From positions 544,558 to 608,557 of the forward strand of contig JAVZZH010000001.1 in the NCBI GenBank assembly GCA_038885755.1: a DNA stretch of 64,000 bases, in the 5' to 3' direction. The notes beneath the pieces were generated by a model. That model had not been told where the DNA came from, searched no databases, and saw only the letters and a list, made by a program, of their open reading frames with translations. A program made the position numbers and the translations under genes. Source of the stretch: Candidatus Caldarchaeum sp. GTDB taxonomy: Archaea > Thermoproteota > Nitrososphaeria_A > Caldarchaeales > Caldarchaeaceae. Below are positions 36,575 to 45,226 of the stretch, piece by piece. Position 1 is the stretch's first letter. Each line of letters begins with the position of its first letter.

Positions 36575-39500
36575 TGGAGTTGATCGACTCGGCTGTTCTT
36601 CTGAAGAGCATGGATTATGACTTCCATGTATTCGTAGAGGATGCTGTGAAGCCTCTGACGGTTGGGGAGAGGTTCTCCGACATCCTGCCCGGGTTAGGCG
36701 GGTCGACGAGTCCAAGGGGGCGGAGCCTCGCCGAGCGACGCCTGTACGTCCACCAGAAAAAGGCTCTGGAAGACCTCTCTTCAGGCTTGAACCTCGTGCT
36801 GAAGGCGGGTACGGGGAGCGGGAAGACGGAGGCATGGTTTCTTTACGCAGCCAAGAATAAAGTTAAGACTTTAGCCGTGTATCCCACGCTCGCTCTCGCG
36901 AACGACCAGCAGCAAAGACTGTCAGATTACTGCAACGAGCTCGGCATGGCGTTAGAATCGATCGACGCCTCGAGGAAGCAAGAACATCTCAAGAACATGG
37001 GCGTCAGGGAGCTCCGGAGAAAGATAACCGAGGCCGACATCGTCGTAACCAACCCTGCGTTCCTGCTGAACGAGTTGAAGAGAATAGCTTTCGGTCAGCC
37101 TTCACTGCTGAGGGACTTTCTCGCAGGCTGCGGGCTCGTCGTGCTGGACGAGTTCGACTTTTACGGCCCAAGGTCGACATCCATACTCCTAGCCATGATG
37201 AAGGTTGTCGTGGAGATCATCAACCCTAGAATCCAGATAACCATCATGACAGCAACCCTGCAAGACCCTCACGAAGTAGCCGAGATACTGACCGCAATCA
37301 ACGGCCGGCGAACGTCTGTAGTCGACGGACAAGCCTTCCACCCCGAGAACAGGACCTACCTAGTTTTGGGGAAATCGCTCGAGGATTTGTGGACTAGGGT
37401 CCGGGCTCAAGCCGGACTGCTGAAGTCGGCGGGTGTTGGCTATGACGTGATTAAAAGCTTGGAGGACTTCGAGCTTTTTCGGATAAACTTCTTCAAGGTT
37501 GTTGAGGCTGCGGAGGCGTGTGGAATAGACGTGAAGGGTTTCTTCGACGACCCGGCTGAGGTTCTAAGCCGGTACGCCAGCGACGACGCTCTTACTCTCG
37601 TCTTCACAAACAGCATAGCTGCTGCCGAGGAGATGGCTAGACGTGTCTCAACCAAGCTGGGCAGCTCTGAAGCCGTGGCTACACATCATCATCTCTTGCT
37701 CAAGACTCAGAGGCAGGAGGTTGAGGAGAAGGCACGTAGCGGTGTGGTGAGAGTCATCTTCACTCCGAGGACGCTCAGTCAGGGAATAGACATAGGAGAG
37801 GCGAGGAGAGTGGTTCACCTCGGACTGCCTAAGAATGTAAGGGAGTTTCGGCAGAGGGAGGGGCGGAAGGGTAGGAGGCCTGAGGCCGAGTGGACCGAGA
37901 CAATCGTGATCCCTTACAGCAGTTGGGACAGACATCTTCTTTCCAAGGGCGTGGATGTCTTCAAGAAATGGCTTGACCTGCCGCTGGAGAAGTCTGTCGT
38001 CAACCGGGACAACCTATACGGCTACTTGTTCAAGGCTTTGTTCTCGTTCATGTCGCCGCTGACGAGAGGCCGGATGACCAAGGACGAGGTTTTGTTTCTG
38101 AGGAATCTCGGGCTCGAGAGGGATGGTGCACTTACAACGCTGGGCAAATATGCATGGCTAAAAATGAACTTCTACGAGTTCGCCCCGCCCTACGGAGTGA
38201 AGAGGTGGAGGGTAAGGGATGACGGCGGGCTTAGAAACTTGGAGGACATATCGCATGTTGACTTGGTCGAGAAGTTCCAGCCGGGAGCCATAGACCCTAG
38301 CAGCGACGGAGTTGTTGTGGAGGCCAAGCTCGGCGGGTCGAGGGGCCGGGTTGTGACGGCCGTCGTAGTTGATGATTTGAGGGAGAGCCGTCTGAGGCGT
38401 GTGGACGCCTTGGCTCCTGTGCTGGAGGAGTACGAGAGGACGAAGCTAAAGTGGGGTGAAACACCCGACCTGAGAAGAGACTACCGCACAGGCCGTCTGC
38501 AGTCATTAATCCACCTCGTAGCCCACGTTCCGTCCAACGGGTTCGGATACTTCACAGAGTTCCCAAACAGAGTCGAGTGGCGGATAGCCTCCGAGAAGAG
38601 ACAATTCCTAACCTTCGGAGAGCGAACACTGGTGTCAAGGGTTTACAAGACAGTCGAGGTGCCGACGCCAACCTACGGAGTTTACGGAGACTACACATAC
38701 GGGTTGACCGTCGAGGCATCTCCCCACGACGAGCAAGCTTTCCTCCGAGTCGGAGCCTGCTTCATAGTCATAGTTTTCAGAAGAGTCTACAACATTTCGC
38801 TAGACCTTTTGAAGTACGACGTTCACGTGGTCGGCGAGAGGAAGGTCGTCTCTTTTTACGAGGCCGAGAGCGCCTGTCTGCTGCCTAAGGTTAACTGGAG
38901 GAAGGTTTACGAGAAGGTTTCAACCTACATGCCGGACGTTTTGGACGAGGTGTTGATGGAGCTGGTTGACGAGCAGGCGTACGCAAGCTTCGTCTCGCTG
39001 AAGCTGGACTGGGAGACCGCTAGGAGACATGCTTTGAAAATACTTGAGTACGTGATGTTGACTGAGACTCTTAGGGTCCAGCTGGGCCCGCGTGTCGTGG
39101 AGGTTGTAAAGCCGTCGAAGGCTTTGAAAGCAGTCTCCTTCTCGGTTATAGCAGTCGGCTTGAGGGACGACCTTGGAGCAGGGCTTTACTCGACAGCTCT
39201 TTTCGACGGGGATGAAACTCGTGTATTTACGGGGATGACGGAGTTCAACCAGCCTGATGAAGAAAACAACGAAGTTCTGTCAAGGCTACTCAATCTGATA
39301 AACCAAGGCTTCAAAGTTTTGGTGTACGACCTTGCATCGGTTCTGAAGACTCTCGAGAACGCTGGGCTCCATGCGGCGAAGGCCCTGCTGGCGGGGCTCG
39401 GCGAAGGAGGTAAAGTTGTCGACGTCAAACAGGAGCTTGAGAAGAAGACTGGTAAGGAGATTCCTCTGGAAACTCTTGAAACCTCTCTAAACCTTAAGAC

Positions 39501-39669
39501 ATCTAGGCTGTTGGACATAGCCGTGAGCAGGGAGTTGGTCAAGAGGGGAAGGCCGGCGATGCGTCTCATCAGGTCGAAGCCCGAGAAGCTCCGAGAAGTT
39601 ATGGAGAAGGCGATGGCCGAGGAGGCTAGGAGCATATTTATTGCGTGGCTGGTCTGTGGAAAGACCTAG
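36571..39669 (+). CDS. SF2 DEAD/DEAH-box helicase, SftH/Hrq1-like, with C-terminal extension
   Basis: Q motif 'LYVHQ', 'GTGSGKT', 'YPTLALANDQ', 'TNP', 'DEFD', 'TAT', 'QGIDIG' and 'QREGRKGR'. Confidence 0.85.
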   Translation: MMELIDSAVLLKSMDYDFHVFVEDAVKPLTVGERFSDILPGLGGSTSPRGRSLAERRLYVHQKKALEDLSSGLNLVLKAGTGSGKTEAWFLYAAKNKVKTLAVYPTLALANDQQQRLSDYCNELGMALESIDASRKQEHLKNMGVRELRRKITEADIVVTNPAFLLNELKRIAFGQPSLLRDFLAGCGLVVLDEFDFYGPRSTSILLAMMKVVVEIINPRIQITIMTATLQDPHEVAEILTAINGRRTSVVDGQAFHPENRTYLVLGKSLEDLWTRVRAQAGLLKSAGVGYDVIKSLEDFELFRINFFKVVEAAEACGIDVKGFFDDPAEVLSRYASDDALTLVFTNSIAAAEEMARRVSTKLGSSEAVATHHHLLLKTQRQEVEEKARSGVVRVIFTPRTLSQGIDIGEARRVVHLGLPKNVREFRQREGRKGRRPEAEWTETIVIPYSSWDRHLLSKGVDVFKKWLDLPLEKSVVNRDNLYGYLFKALFSFMSPLTRGRMTKDEVLFLRNLGLERDGALTTLGKYAWLKMNFYEFAPPYGVKRWRVRDDGGLRNLEDISHVDLVEKFQPGAIDPSSDGVVVEAKLGGSRGRVVTAVVVDDLRESRLRRVDALAPVLEEYERTKLKWGETPDLRRDYRTGRLQSLIHLVAHVPSNGFGYFTEFPNRVEWRIASEKRQFLTFGERTLVSRVYKTVEVPTPTYGVYGDYTYGLTVEASPHDEQAFLRVGACFIVIVFRRVYNISLDLLKYDVHVVGERKVVSFYEAESACLLPKVNWRKVYEKVSTYMPDVLDEVLMELVDEQAYASFVSLKLDWETARRHALKILEYVMLTETLRVQLGPRVVEVVKPSKALKAVSFSVIAVGLRDDLGAGLYSTALFDGDETRVFTGMTEFNQPDEENNEVLSRLLNLINQGFKVLVYDLASVLKTLENAGLHAAKALLAGLGEGGKVVDVKQELEKKTGKEIPLETLETSLNLKTSRLLDIAVSRELVKRGRPAMRLIRSKPEKLREVMEKAMAEEARSIFIAWLVCGKT

Positions 39670-39678
39670 GTTAGCCTC

Positions 39679-40236
39679 ATGCGCATAGCTGTTGATGTCG
39701 ACGGCGTGCTGGCGGATTTAGCGGGAATGATCATAAAGATATACAGGGAGGAGACTGGGGTGGAGATACCTCGTGAAGCCATCACTGAATGGGAGTTCTG
39801 GCACAGGCTTTCGATGACGAGACAACAGTTTATGGAGTTGATCATAAAGTCGTGGTCTCGATGGCGTGAAATAAAGCCTACCGAGGATGACATCGCCGAG
39901 GATGTGATGAGCTTAGCCCGCCACGGAGTTGTCGACGTGCTGACTCAGCGTCCTGCCGAAACCATCAACCATGTCAAGCTGTGGCTCAAGCACCACGGCG
40001 TCGTCTACAGGTCTTTCACATGGGTTCCGCTCAAGTCCACCAAGCTAAGCTTTTTCTACGACGTTTACATAGACGACTCGCCGAGGCTCGCGGAACAGTT
40101 CCCGCACAGTAGCCGAGTTCTTTTGCTCTACGACCAGCCGTGGAACAGGGATGTCCGGACGAGGAATAACATCATGAGGGTGTCGTCGCTCGACGAGGCT
40201 GCCAAGCTCATCGAAACCGGTGTGGCAAATGTTTAG
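39679..40236 (+). CDS. HAD-family 5'(3')-deoxyribonucleotidase-like (NT5C) protein
   Basis: Motifs 'DVDGVLAD', 'YIDDSP' and 'QPWN'. Confidence 0.82.
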   Translation: MRIAVDVDGVLADLAGMIIKIYREETGVEIPREAITEWEFWHRLSMTRQQFMELIIKSWSRWREIKPTEDDIAEDVMSLARHGVVDVLTQRPAETINHVKLWLKHHGVVYRSFTWVPLKSTKLSFFYDVYIDDSPRLAEQFPHSSRVLLLYDQPWNRDVRTRNNIMRVSSLDEAAKLIETGVANV

Positions 40237-40768
40237 GAAAGTTCCCAGCCATATAGTTCACAGGCTTTTCTACCCGCAGGTACCTGCGGTCGTTTCAGCC
40301 GCCTACGACGACGAAGTTGGAGCTCTGCTGGCGACCAGCATAATCCCCGTCTCGCTCGAGCCATCCATGGTCGGCGTTGCTCTAGGCAAGCAGCACAGAA
40401 CTAGGAGGCTGGTTGAGTCCTCGGGATGCTTTTCCGCATGCTGGCTTTCGTATGAAAAGCTTGAAAAGTTTCAGCGTCTGGCCGAGCATTCGGATGCTCG
40501 GGACAAGCTTAGGCAGGCCGGGTTCAGCTATCGATGGGGTGAGCGTGTAAGGGCTCCTGTGCTGGAGGAGGCTGTGGCTTGGGTTGAATGCAGGCTGGAC
40601 TGGAGCAGGGAGGTCGGCGACCACTTCTTCTACACGGCTAGAGTGGAGGCCGCCTACGCCGTCGAAGACTTTGACGAATACTGGAAGTTCATCCGGTACA
40701 AGCCCATCCTCTACGTCGGGTCTGCTAGACAGGAGCTGCCGAGGTTTGTAAGGCTCAGCGTTGAATGA
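40229..40768 (+). CDS. Flavin reductase family protein
   Basis: Motifs 'PVSLEP', 'AWVEC' and 'GDH'. Confidence 0.85.
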   Translation: MFRKVPSHIVHRLFYPQVPAVVSAAYDDEVGALLATSIIPVSLEPSMVGVALGKQHRTRRLVESSGCFSACWLSYEKLEKFQRLAEHSDARDKLRQAGFSYRWGERVRAPVLEEAVAWVECRLDWSREVGDHFFYTARVEAAYAVEDFDEYWKFIRYKPILYVGSARQELPRFVRLSVE

Positions 40769-41360
40769 CTCCAGCGGCCTTCCTGCGGCTGTGCCTGAAG
40801 CCCTGGCCCTTGAAACGCTCCTCCTCCCAGACAAGCCCCCGCTCATGGTAGCCGTACATCTCCCAGTAGCCGTCAGCGTACACTGGAATGACCTCGACCT
40901 CCGTAAGCCATTTGGCGCTCTTCCAGCCGTAGAGATGGGGTATGAACGGCCTCGCCGGAAAGCCTTGGTCTACGGACAGAGGCTTTCCATCCATCTCGAG
41001 CGCAACTATGGCGTCTTCGGAGAAAGCGTCCTCTACCGGAACTGGAGTGGAGTATCCGTCGGCACAAAAGAACATCACCCACTTACCCTCCTTCTTGATC
41101 CGTGAAGCCTCCAGAAGTCTCCGGAGGCTTACACCCCTCCACTCAACATCCTTGATGCTCCACTTGGTGACGCAGTGGAAAGGCTTGACGTATCTGACGT
41201 CCGCCATCTCGAGAAGCTGCTTGTAAGTGTACTGCTTCTCCTCCTCAACCAGTCCAGAAACTTTCAACCTCCACTTGTCCACATCCACCTCCGGCGTCCC
41301 CAGAGCCGAGTAAATCACCCAGCTCCTCGCCCAAACCTGTCCGGGAGGTAGGCCGGTCAA
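40755..41360 (-). CDS. Sulfite oxidase-like molybdopterin oxidoreductase
   Basis: Motifs 'LPPGQ', 'FHCVTKWS', 'GFPAR' and 'YGWKSAKW'. Confidence 0.9.
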   Translation of the reverse strand: MTGLPPGQVWARSWVIYSALGTPEVDVDKWRLKVSGLVEEEKQYTYKQLLEMADVRYVKPFHCVTKWSIKDVEWRGVSLRRLLEASRIKKEGKWVMFFCADGYSTPVPVEDAFSEDAIVALEMDGKPLSVDQGFPARPFIPHLYGWKSAKWLTEVEVIPVYADGYWEMYGYHERGLVWEEERFKGQGFRHSRRKAAGVIQR

Positions 41361-41436
41361 CGGGCAAGTTGATAAACGGGGGAATTTATCTCTAGCTGAT
41401 TAACAACTTAAAAGGGAGTTTTATCGCCTTCAAAAC

Positions 41437-43452
41437 ATGGAGCCTGTGGTTGCGGCTTTTCCGGTCGTCGTATCAATCCTAGCCTTCCTCACAGCGGTGG
41501 CTCTGTACGCATGGCTGAAGTCTAGGCCGGCGGGCGATGAAAAAATCAGAAACATATCTTCAGCAGTCAGAGAAGGAAGCAAAGCCTTCCTAGCCAAGGA
41601 GCTGAACTACATAGCGTCGGCGGGCGCCCTGATAGCGTTCTTACTATTCTTTCTGATTAGCCCGGTGGCGTCAATATCGTTCATCGTGGGAGCGGCTTTG
41701 TCAGTCGTCGCGGCTGCGGTGGCTGTGTTGACGTGTGTGTCGGCAGCTCCGCGGGCGGCGGCTTCAACGGTCAAGACACTCGGCCAGACGTTCATCACAG
41801 CCTTCAGGGGAGGTGCGACCGCTGGGCTCTTCATAACGGCCATGGCTTTGACGGCCATAGCTGTCCTCTACCTCCTGTTTCAAGACCCTCTCGCCATTGC
41901 GGGCGCAGGCTTCGGAGCAAGCCTCGTGGCCCTGTTCATAAGGGCTGGCGGAGGCATCTACACCAAGGCAGCTGACCTTGGCGCGGACTTGGTTGGCAAG
42001 GTTGAGGCTGGGATTCCTGAGGACGACCCGAGGAACCCAGCCACTATAGCTGACAACGTCGGTGATAATGTGGGAGATGCTGCGGGCATGGGAGCCGACG
42101 TCTACGAATCCTACGTGGTGACGCTTCTCGCCTCGATGCTTATAGGCTCTCTGATAGGAAGGGCTGAGCTTGTCTTCTTCCCCCTTCTTCTAGCCGGCGC
42201 GGGGCTGGTAGGCTCGGTTGCGGGAGTGCTGAGCGTCTCCTCGGGTTTGGCTGAGAAGCCTTCAACCTCCCTGAACACGTCTTTCATAGTTGCAGCAGTA
42301 GCGACGATCGTCTTAGGCTCTGTCATCGCTTTCAACGTCTTCGGAGGCGGCGGAGTCTTCAGCTCAGTCGTGTTGTCGCTTCTTCTTGGAGCCGTCCTAG
42401 CGCCGGTGATACAAAGGATAACCGACTACTACACTAGCTACAGCTACAGCCCTACGAAGAGGGTGGCGGAGTCGACGAAGATAGGCCACAGCGCAAACAT
42501 ACTAGAAGGTGTCAGCTTGGGCCTCCGGTCGAACCTTCCGTTCGCATTATCGATAGTCGCCGCAGTCCTCATCAGCTACTACGTGGGCTACACGTCAACC
42601 GGGCGGCATTTGTTCGGAGTTTACTGCACAGCTCTCACAACCATGGCGATGCTCTCCCTGTCTGGGATAGTTCTTTCGATAGACAGCTTCGGCCCGGTCA
42701 GCGACAACGCGGGAGGACTGGTTGAGATGGCGGGGATGGGTGAGGAGAACAGGAAGCTTACAGACGCCTTGGACGCAATAGGAAACACCACGAAAGCCAC
42801 GACCAAGGGGTTCGCGATAGCTAGCGCAGGTCTCGCCGCCATAGCCATGCTCCAAGCCTTCCAGTACGAGGCTGAGAAAGTCCTCGGCCAAGGACTCTAC
42901 AGCCTCTCCAACCCCGCGGTGATAGTCGGGCTTCTCATCGGAGGCCTTCTTCCTTTCTACGTCAGCAGCAGGCTGATATCAGCCGTCGGGGCGACGGCTT
43001 CCAAGATAGTTGAGGAGGTTAGGCACCAGTTTAGGACTGTTCAGGGTATTCTGGAGGGGGTTGCCAAGCCCGACTATGGCAGGGTGGTCTCGATCGCCAC
43101 GGCTGGAGCTGTTAGAGAGCTTGTAGTGCCGGCTGCGATAGTAGTTCTGACCCCTATCGCGGTAGGGGTCTTGCTCGGGCCTGAAGCTGTTGCGGGTGTT
43201 TTGATGGGCGGGGTTGTTAGCGGTCTCTACCTAGCCTACCACATGGCTAACAGCGGCGCCGCATGGGACAACGCCAAAAAGTATCTCGAGTATACTGGCC
43301 GTAAGAAGACGCCCGAGCACGCAGTCGCCGTTTCCGGAGACCTCGTCGGAGACCCCTACAAAGACACCGCAGGCCCCTCGCTCAACACCGTCATCAAAGT
43401 ACTCAACACCGTCGCCATAGTGTTCGTGCCCGTCTTCGTGGGGCTGCTGTAA
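41437..43452 (+). CDS. hppA: Membrane-bound H+-translocating pyrophosphatase, predicted K+-independent
   Basis: Motifs 'GGGIYTKAADLGADLVGKVE', 'DNVGDNVGD', 'GNTTKA' and 'GDPYKD'. Confidence 0.95.
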   Translation: MEPVVAAFPVVVSILAFLTAVALYAWLKSRPAGDEKIRNISSAVREGSKAFLAKELNYIASAGALIAFLLFFLISPVASISFIVGAALSVVAAAVAVLTCVSAAPRAAASTVKTLGQTFITAFRGGATAGLFITAMALTAIAVLYLLFQDPLAIAGAGFGASLVALFIRAGGGIYTKAADLGADLVGKVEAGIPEDDPRNPATIADNVGDNVGDAAGMGADVYESYVVTLLASMLIGSLIGRAELVFFPLLLAGAGLVGSVAGVLSVSSGLAEKPSTSLNTSFIVAAVATIVLGSVIAFNVFGGGGVFSSVVLSLLLGAVLAPVIQRITDYYTSYSYSPTKRVAESTKIGHSANILEGVSLGLRSNLPFALSIVAAVLISYYVGYTSTGRHLFGVYCTALTTMAMLSLSGIVLSIDSFGPVSDNAGGLVEMAGMGEENRKLTDALDAIGNTTKATTKGFAIASAGLAAIAMLQAFQYEAEKVLGQGLYSLSNPAVIVGLLIGGLLPFYVSSRLISAVGATASKIVEEVRHQFRTVQGILEGVAKPDYGRVVSIATAGAVRELVVPAAIVVLTPIAVGVLLGPEAVAGVLMGGVVSGLYLAYHMANSGAAWDNAKKYLEYTGRKKTPEHAVAVSGDLVGDPYKDTAGPSLNTVIKVLNTVAIVFVPVFVGLL

Positions 43453-43489
43453 TCGCTAGTTTATTAGCATCGATGCACAACCCTTTGAA

Positions 43490-43584
43490 GGGCCCGTCGC
43501 TCAGAATGGATAGAGAGGTCGGTTCAACCCTAGAACGCCGGCCTTCGGAGCCGGAGGTCGTGGGTTCAAGTCCCACCGGGCCCG
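43490..43584 (+). tRNA. tRNA-Arg(TCG) with a 20-nt intron at position 24/25 (43516-43535)
   Basis: Acceptor stem GGGCCCG/CGGGCCC, anticodon arm CCGGC-CTTCGGA-GCCGG and T-loop TTCAAGT. The D-stem GCTC/GAGC forms only after removing AGGTCGGTTCAACCCTAGAA. Confidence 0.9.
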
Positions 43585-43629
43585 GGCACCGCAGACCCTA
43601 AAAATTAAAATATGCTCCGTTGAAAAGGC

Positions 43630-43935
43630 GTGTCCATGGACACGTTGACTATCCTCGCGATTCTCTGGTTCCTACTCGGCTTCGGAGCCGGATACGTAGC
43701 GATCAAGCTTTGGAAGGTTCTTTTAGTGGTGATAGTCGTAGCCCTGCTCGCACCCATAATCCTAGGCATGCTGGGGTTGGCTGGAGCTCCGCCGGCCGAG
43801 AGCGTTCTCGCAGCCTTCATCAACGGCCTGTATCTACTAGCCGCCGTCATAGGTTCCAACCAGTTCTCGGTCATCGGCTTCGTCTTAGGCGTGATAGTGG
43901 GCTTGGTTGTCTCGTTAGCGAGAGGAAGGTTTTGA
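43630..43935 (+). CDS. Small membrane protein (possibly FUN14-like)
   Basis: Three to four hydrophobic helices. 'GFGAGYVAIKLWK' loosely resembles FUN14. Confidence 0.55.
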   Translation: MSMDTLTILAILWFLLGFGAGYVAIKLWKVLLVVIVVALLAPIILGMLGLAGAPPAESVLAAFINGLYLLAAVIGSNQFSVIGFVLGVIVGLVVSLARGRF

Positions 43936-43936
43936 C

Positions 43937-44815
43937 ATGGAGCTTGAAAAGTTCAGCGGAACGATCTCAGCCGTGCTGACTCCTTCAACGAACCTTGAAG
44001 CCGGCGTCGGCGAGACTGTTGACTTCCACCTCAGGAACGGCGTCAACGGGTTCTTCGTCCTAGGAACCAACGGCGAAGGCGTGAGAATAAGCCCTGAGAA
44101 GAGGAAGAAGGTCGCCGAGGTTTTCACAAACTACGTAGGGTCTCGAGGCCTCGTCATAATACACGCAGGAGCTCCCGACATGGATACAGTGAGAGATCTG
44201 ACTAGACACGCCTCCCGGATAGGTGCGGACGCCGTGGCGGTGGTCTTCCCCTTCTACTACGAGTATGATTTAGAGTCCCTTGTAAGCTTCTACAGCGAGG
44301 TCGTGCAGTCGTCGGACATACCCGTGCTGGCTTACAACAACCCCACAACGCAGGGATACAGGGTTCCCAGACGATCCGTCGAAGCCTTGCTGGAGAGGGT
44401 TCCGGGGTTGCGGGGGATTAAGGACAGCAGCGACGACCCTGAGCTGTTGTTGACTCTATCTAGAAAGTTTCCAAGCCTTTTCATAGCATCCGGCGGGGAC
44501 GAGCTCATTCTGTACAGCCTTACGGTGGGAATCCGCCGACAAATAAGCGCCATAGCCTCTGTATATCCTGACCTCGTCTCAGAGCTTAGGCGAGCCTTCG
44601 ACTCGGGCGACATGGAGAGGGCCCTCATGCTGCAGCACAAGCTGAACATTCTCAAGAACATTCTTGCCGAGGCCGGGCCTTACCACGCCGCGTTCAAGCA
44701 CGCCTTGAAGCTGAGGGGGGTTGACGTAGGAGGGCCTATTCCTCCGTCGAGGAGCCTCACGCCCGAAGAGGCTGAAAGCCTTGCGAGAAAGCTGCAGAGC
44801 GTGGAGAAGACATAA
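43937..44815 (+). CDS. Dihydrodipicolinate synthase family aldolase/lyase
   Basis: 'GTNGEG', 'YNNP' and Schiff-base Lys in 'GIKDSS'. Confidence 0.88.
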   Translation: MELEKFSGTISAVLTPSTNLEAGVGETVDFHLRNGVNGFFVLGTNGEGVRISPEKRKKVAEVFTNYVGSRGLVIIHAGAPDMDTVRDLTRHASRIGADAVAVVFPFYYEYDLESLVSFYSEVVQSSDIPVLAYNNPTTQGYRVPRRSVEALLERVPGLRGIKDSSDDPELLLTLSRKFPSLFIASGGDELILYSLTVGIRRQISAIASVYPDLVSELRRAFDSGDMERALMLQHKLNILKNILAEAGPYHAAFKHALKLRGVDVGGPIPPSRSLTPEEAESLARKLQSVEKT

Positions 44816-44824
44816 ATTCCGTCG

Positions 44825-45226
44825 GTGAAGCCGGTAGACATGACCAAGCAAATATTGACCTCGGACAAGGCTCCCAAACCCGTCGGCCCATACTCCCAAG
44901 CGGTGAAAGCCGGAAACTTCATCTTCCTCTCGGGGCAGGTTGCGCTAAACCCTTCCACCGGAAAGATAGAAGGCGGGGACGTACGCAGCCAGACGAGGAG
45001 GGCTCTGGAGAACGCAAAGGGCTTGCTCGAGTCTTACGGCTACTCGCTCAAAGACGTCGTCAAAGCAGTCGTCTACCTGACCAAGCCCGAACACTTCCAA
45101 GAGATGAACGAGGTTTACAGGGAATACTTCAAGGACACGCCTCCCGCTAGGACAACCGTCGTAGTCGACCTGCCTCTGAAGGATGCTCTAGTCGAGATAG
45201 ACCTGATAGCCTACGTCGAGAAGTGA
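44825..45226 (+). CDS. RidA family enamine/imine deaminase
   Basis: Motifs 'GPYSQAV', 'SGQV', 'MNEVY', 'PPAR' and 'VEID'. Confidence 0.93.
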   Translation: MKPVDMTKQILTSDKAPKPVGPYSQAVKAGNFIFLSGQVALNPSTGKIEGGDVRSQTRRALENAKGLLESYGYSLKDVVKAVVYLTKPEHFQEMNEVYREYFKDTPPARTTVVVDLPLKDALVEIDLIAYVEK

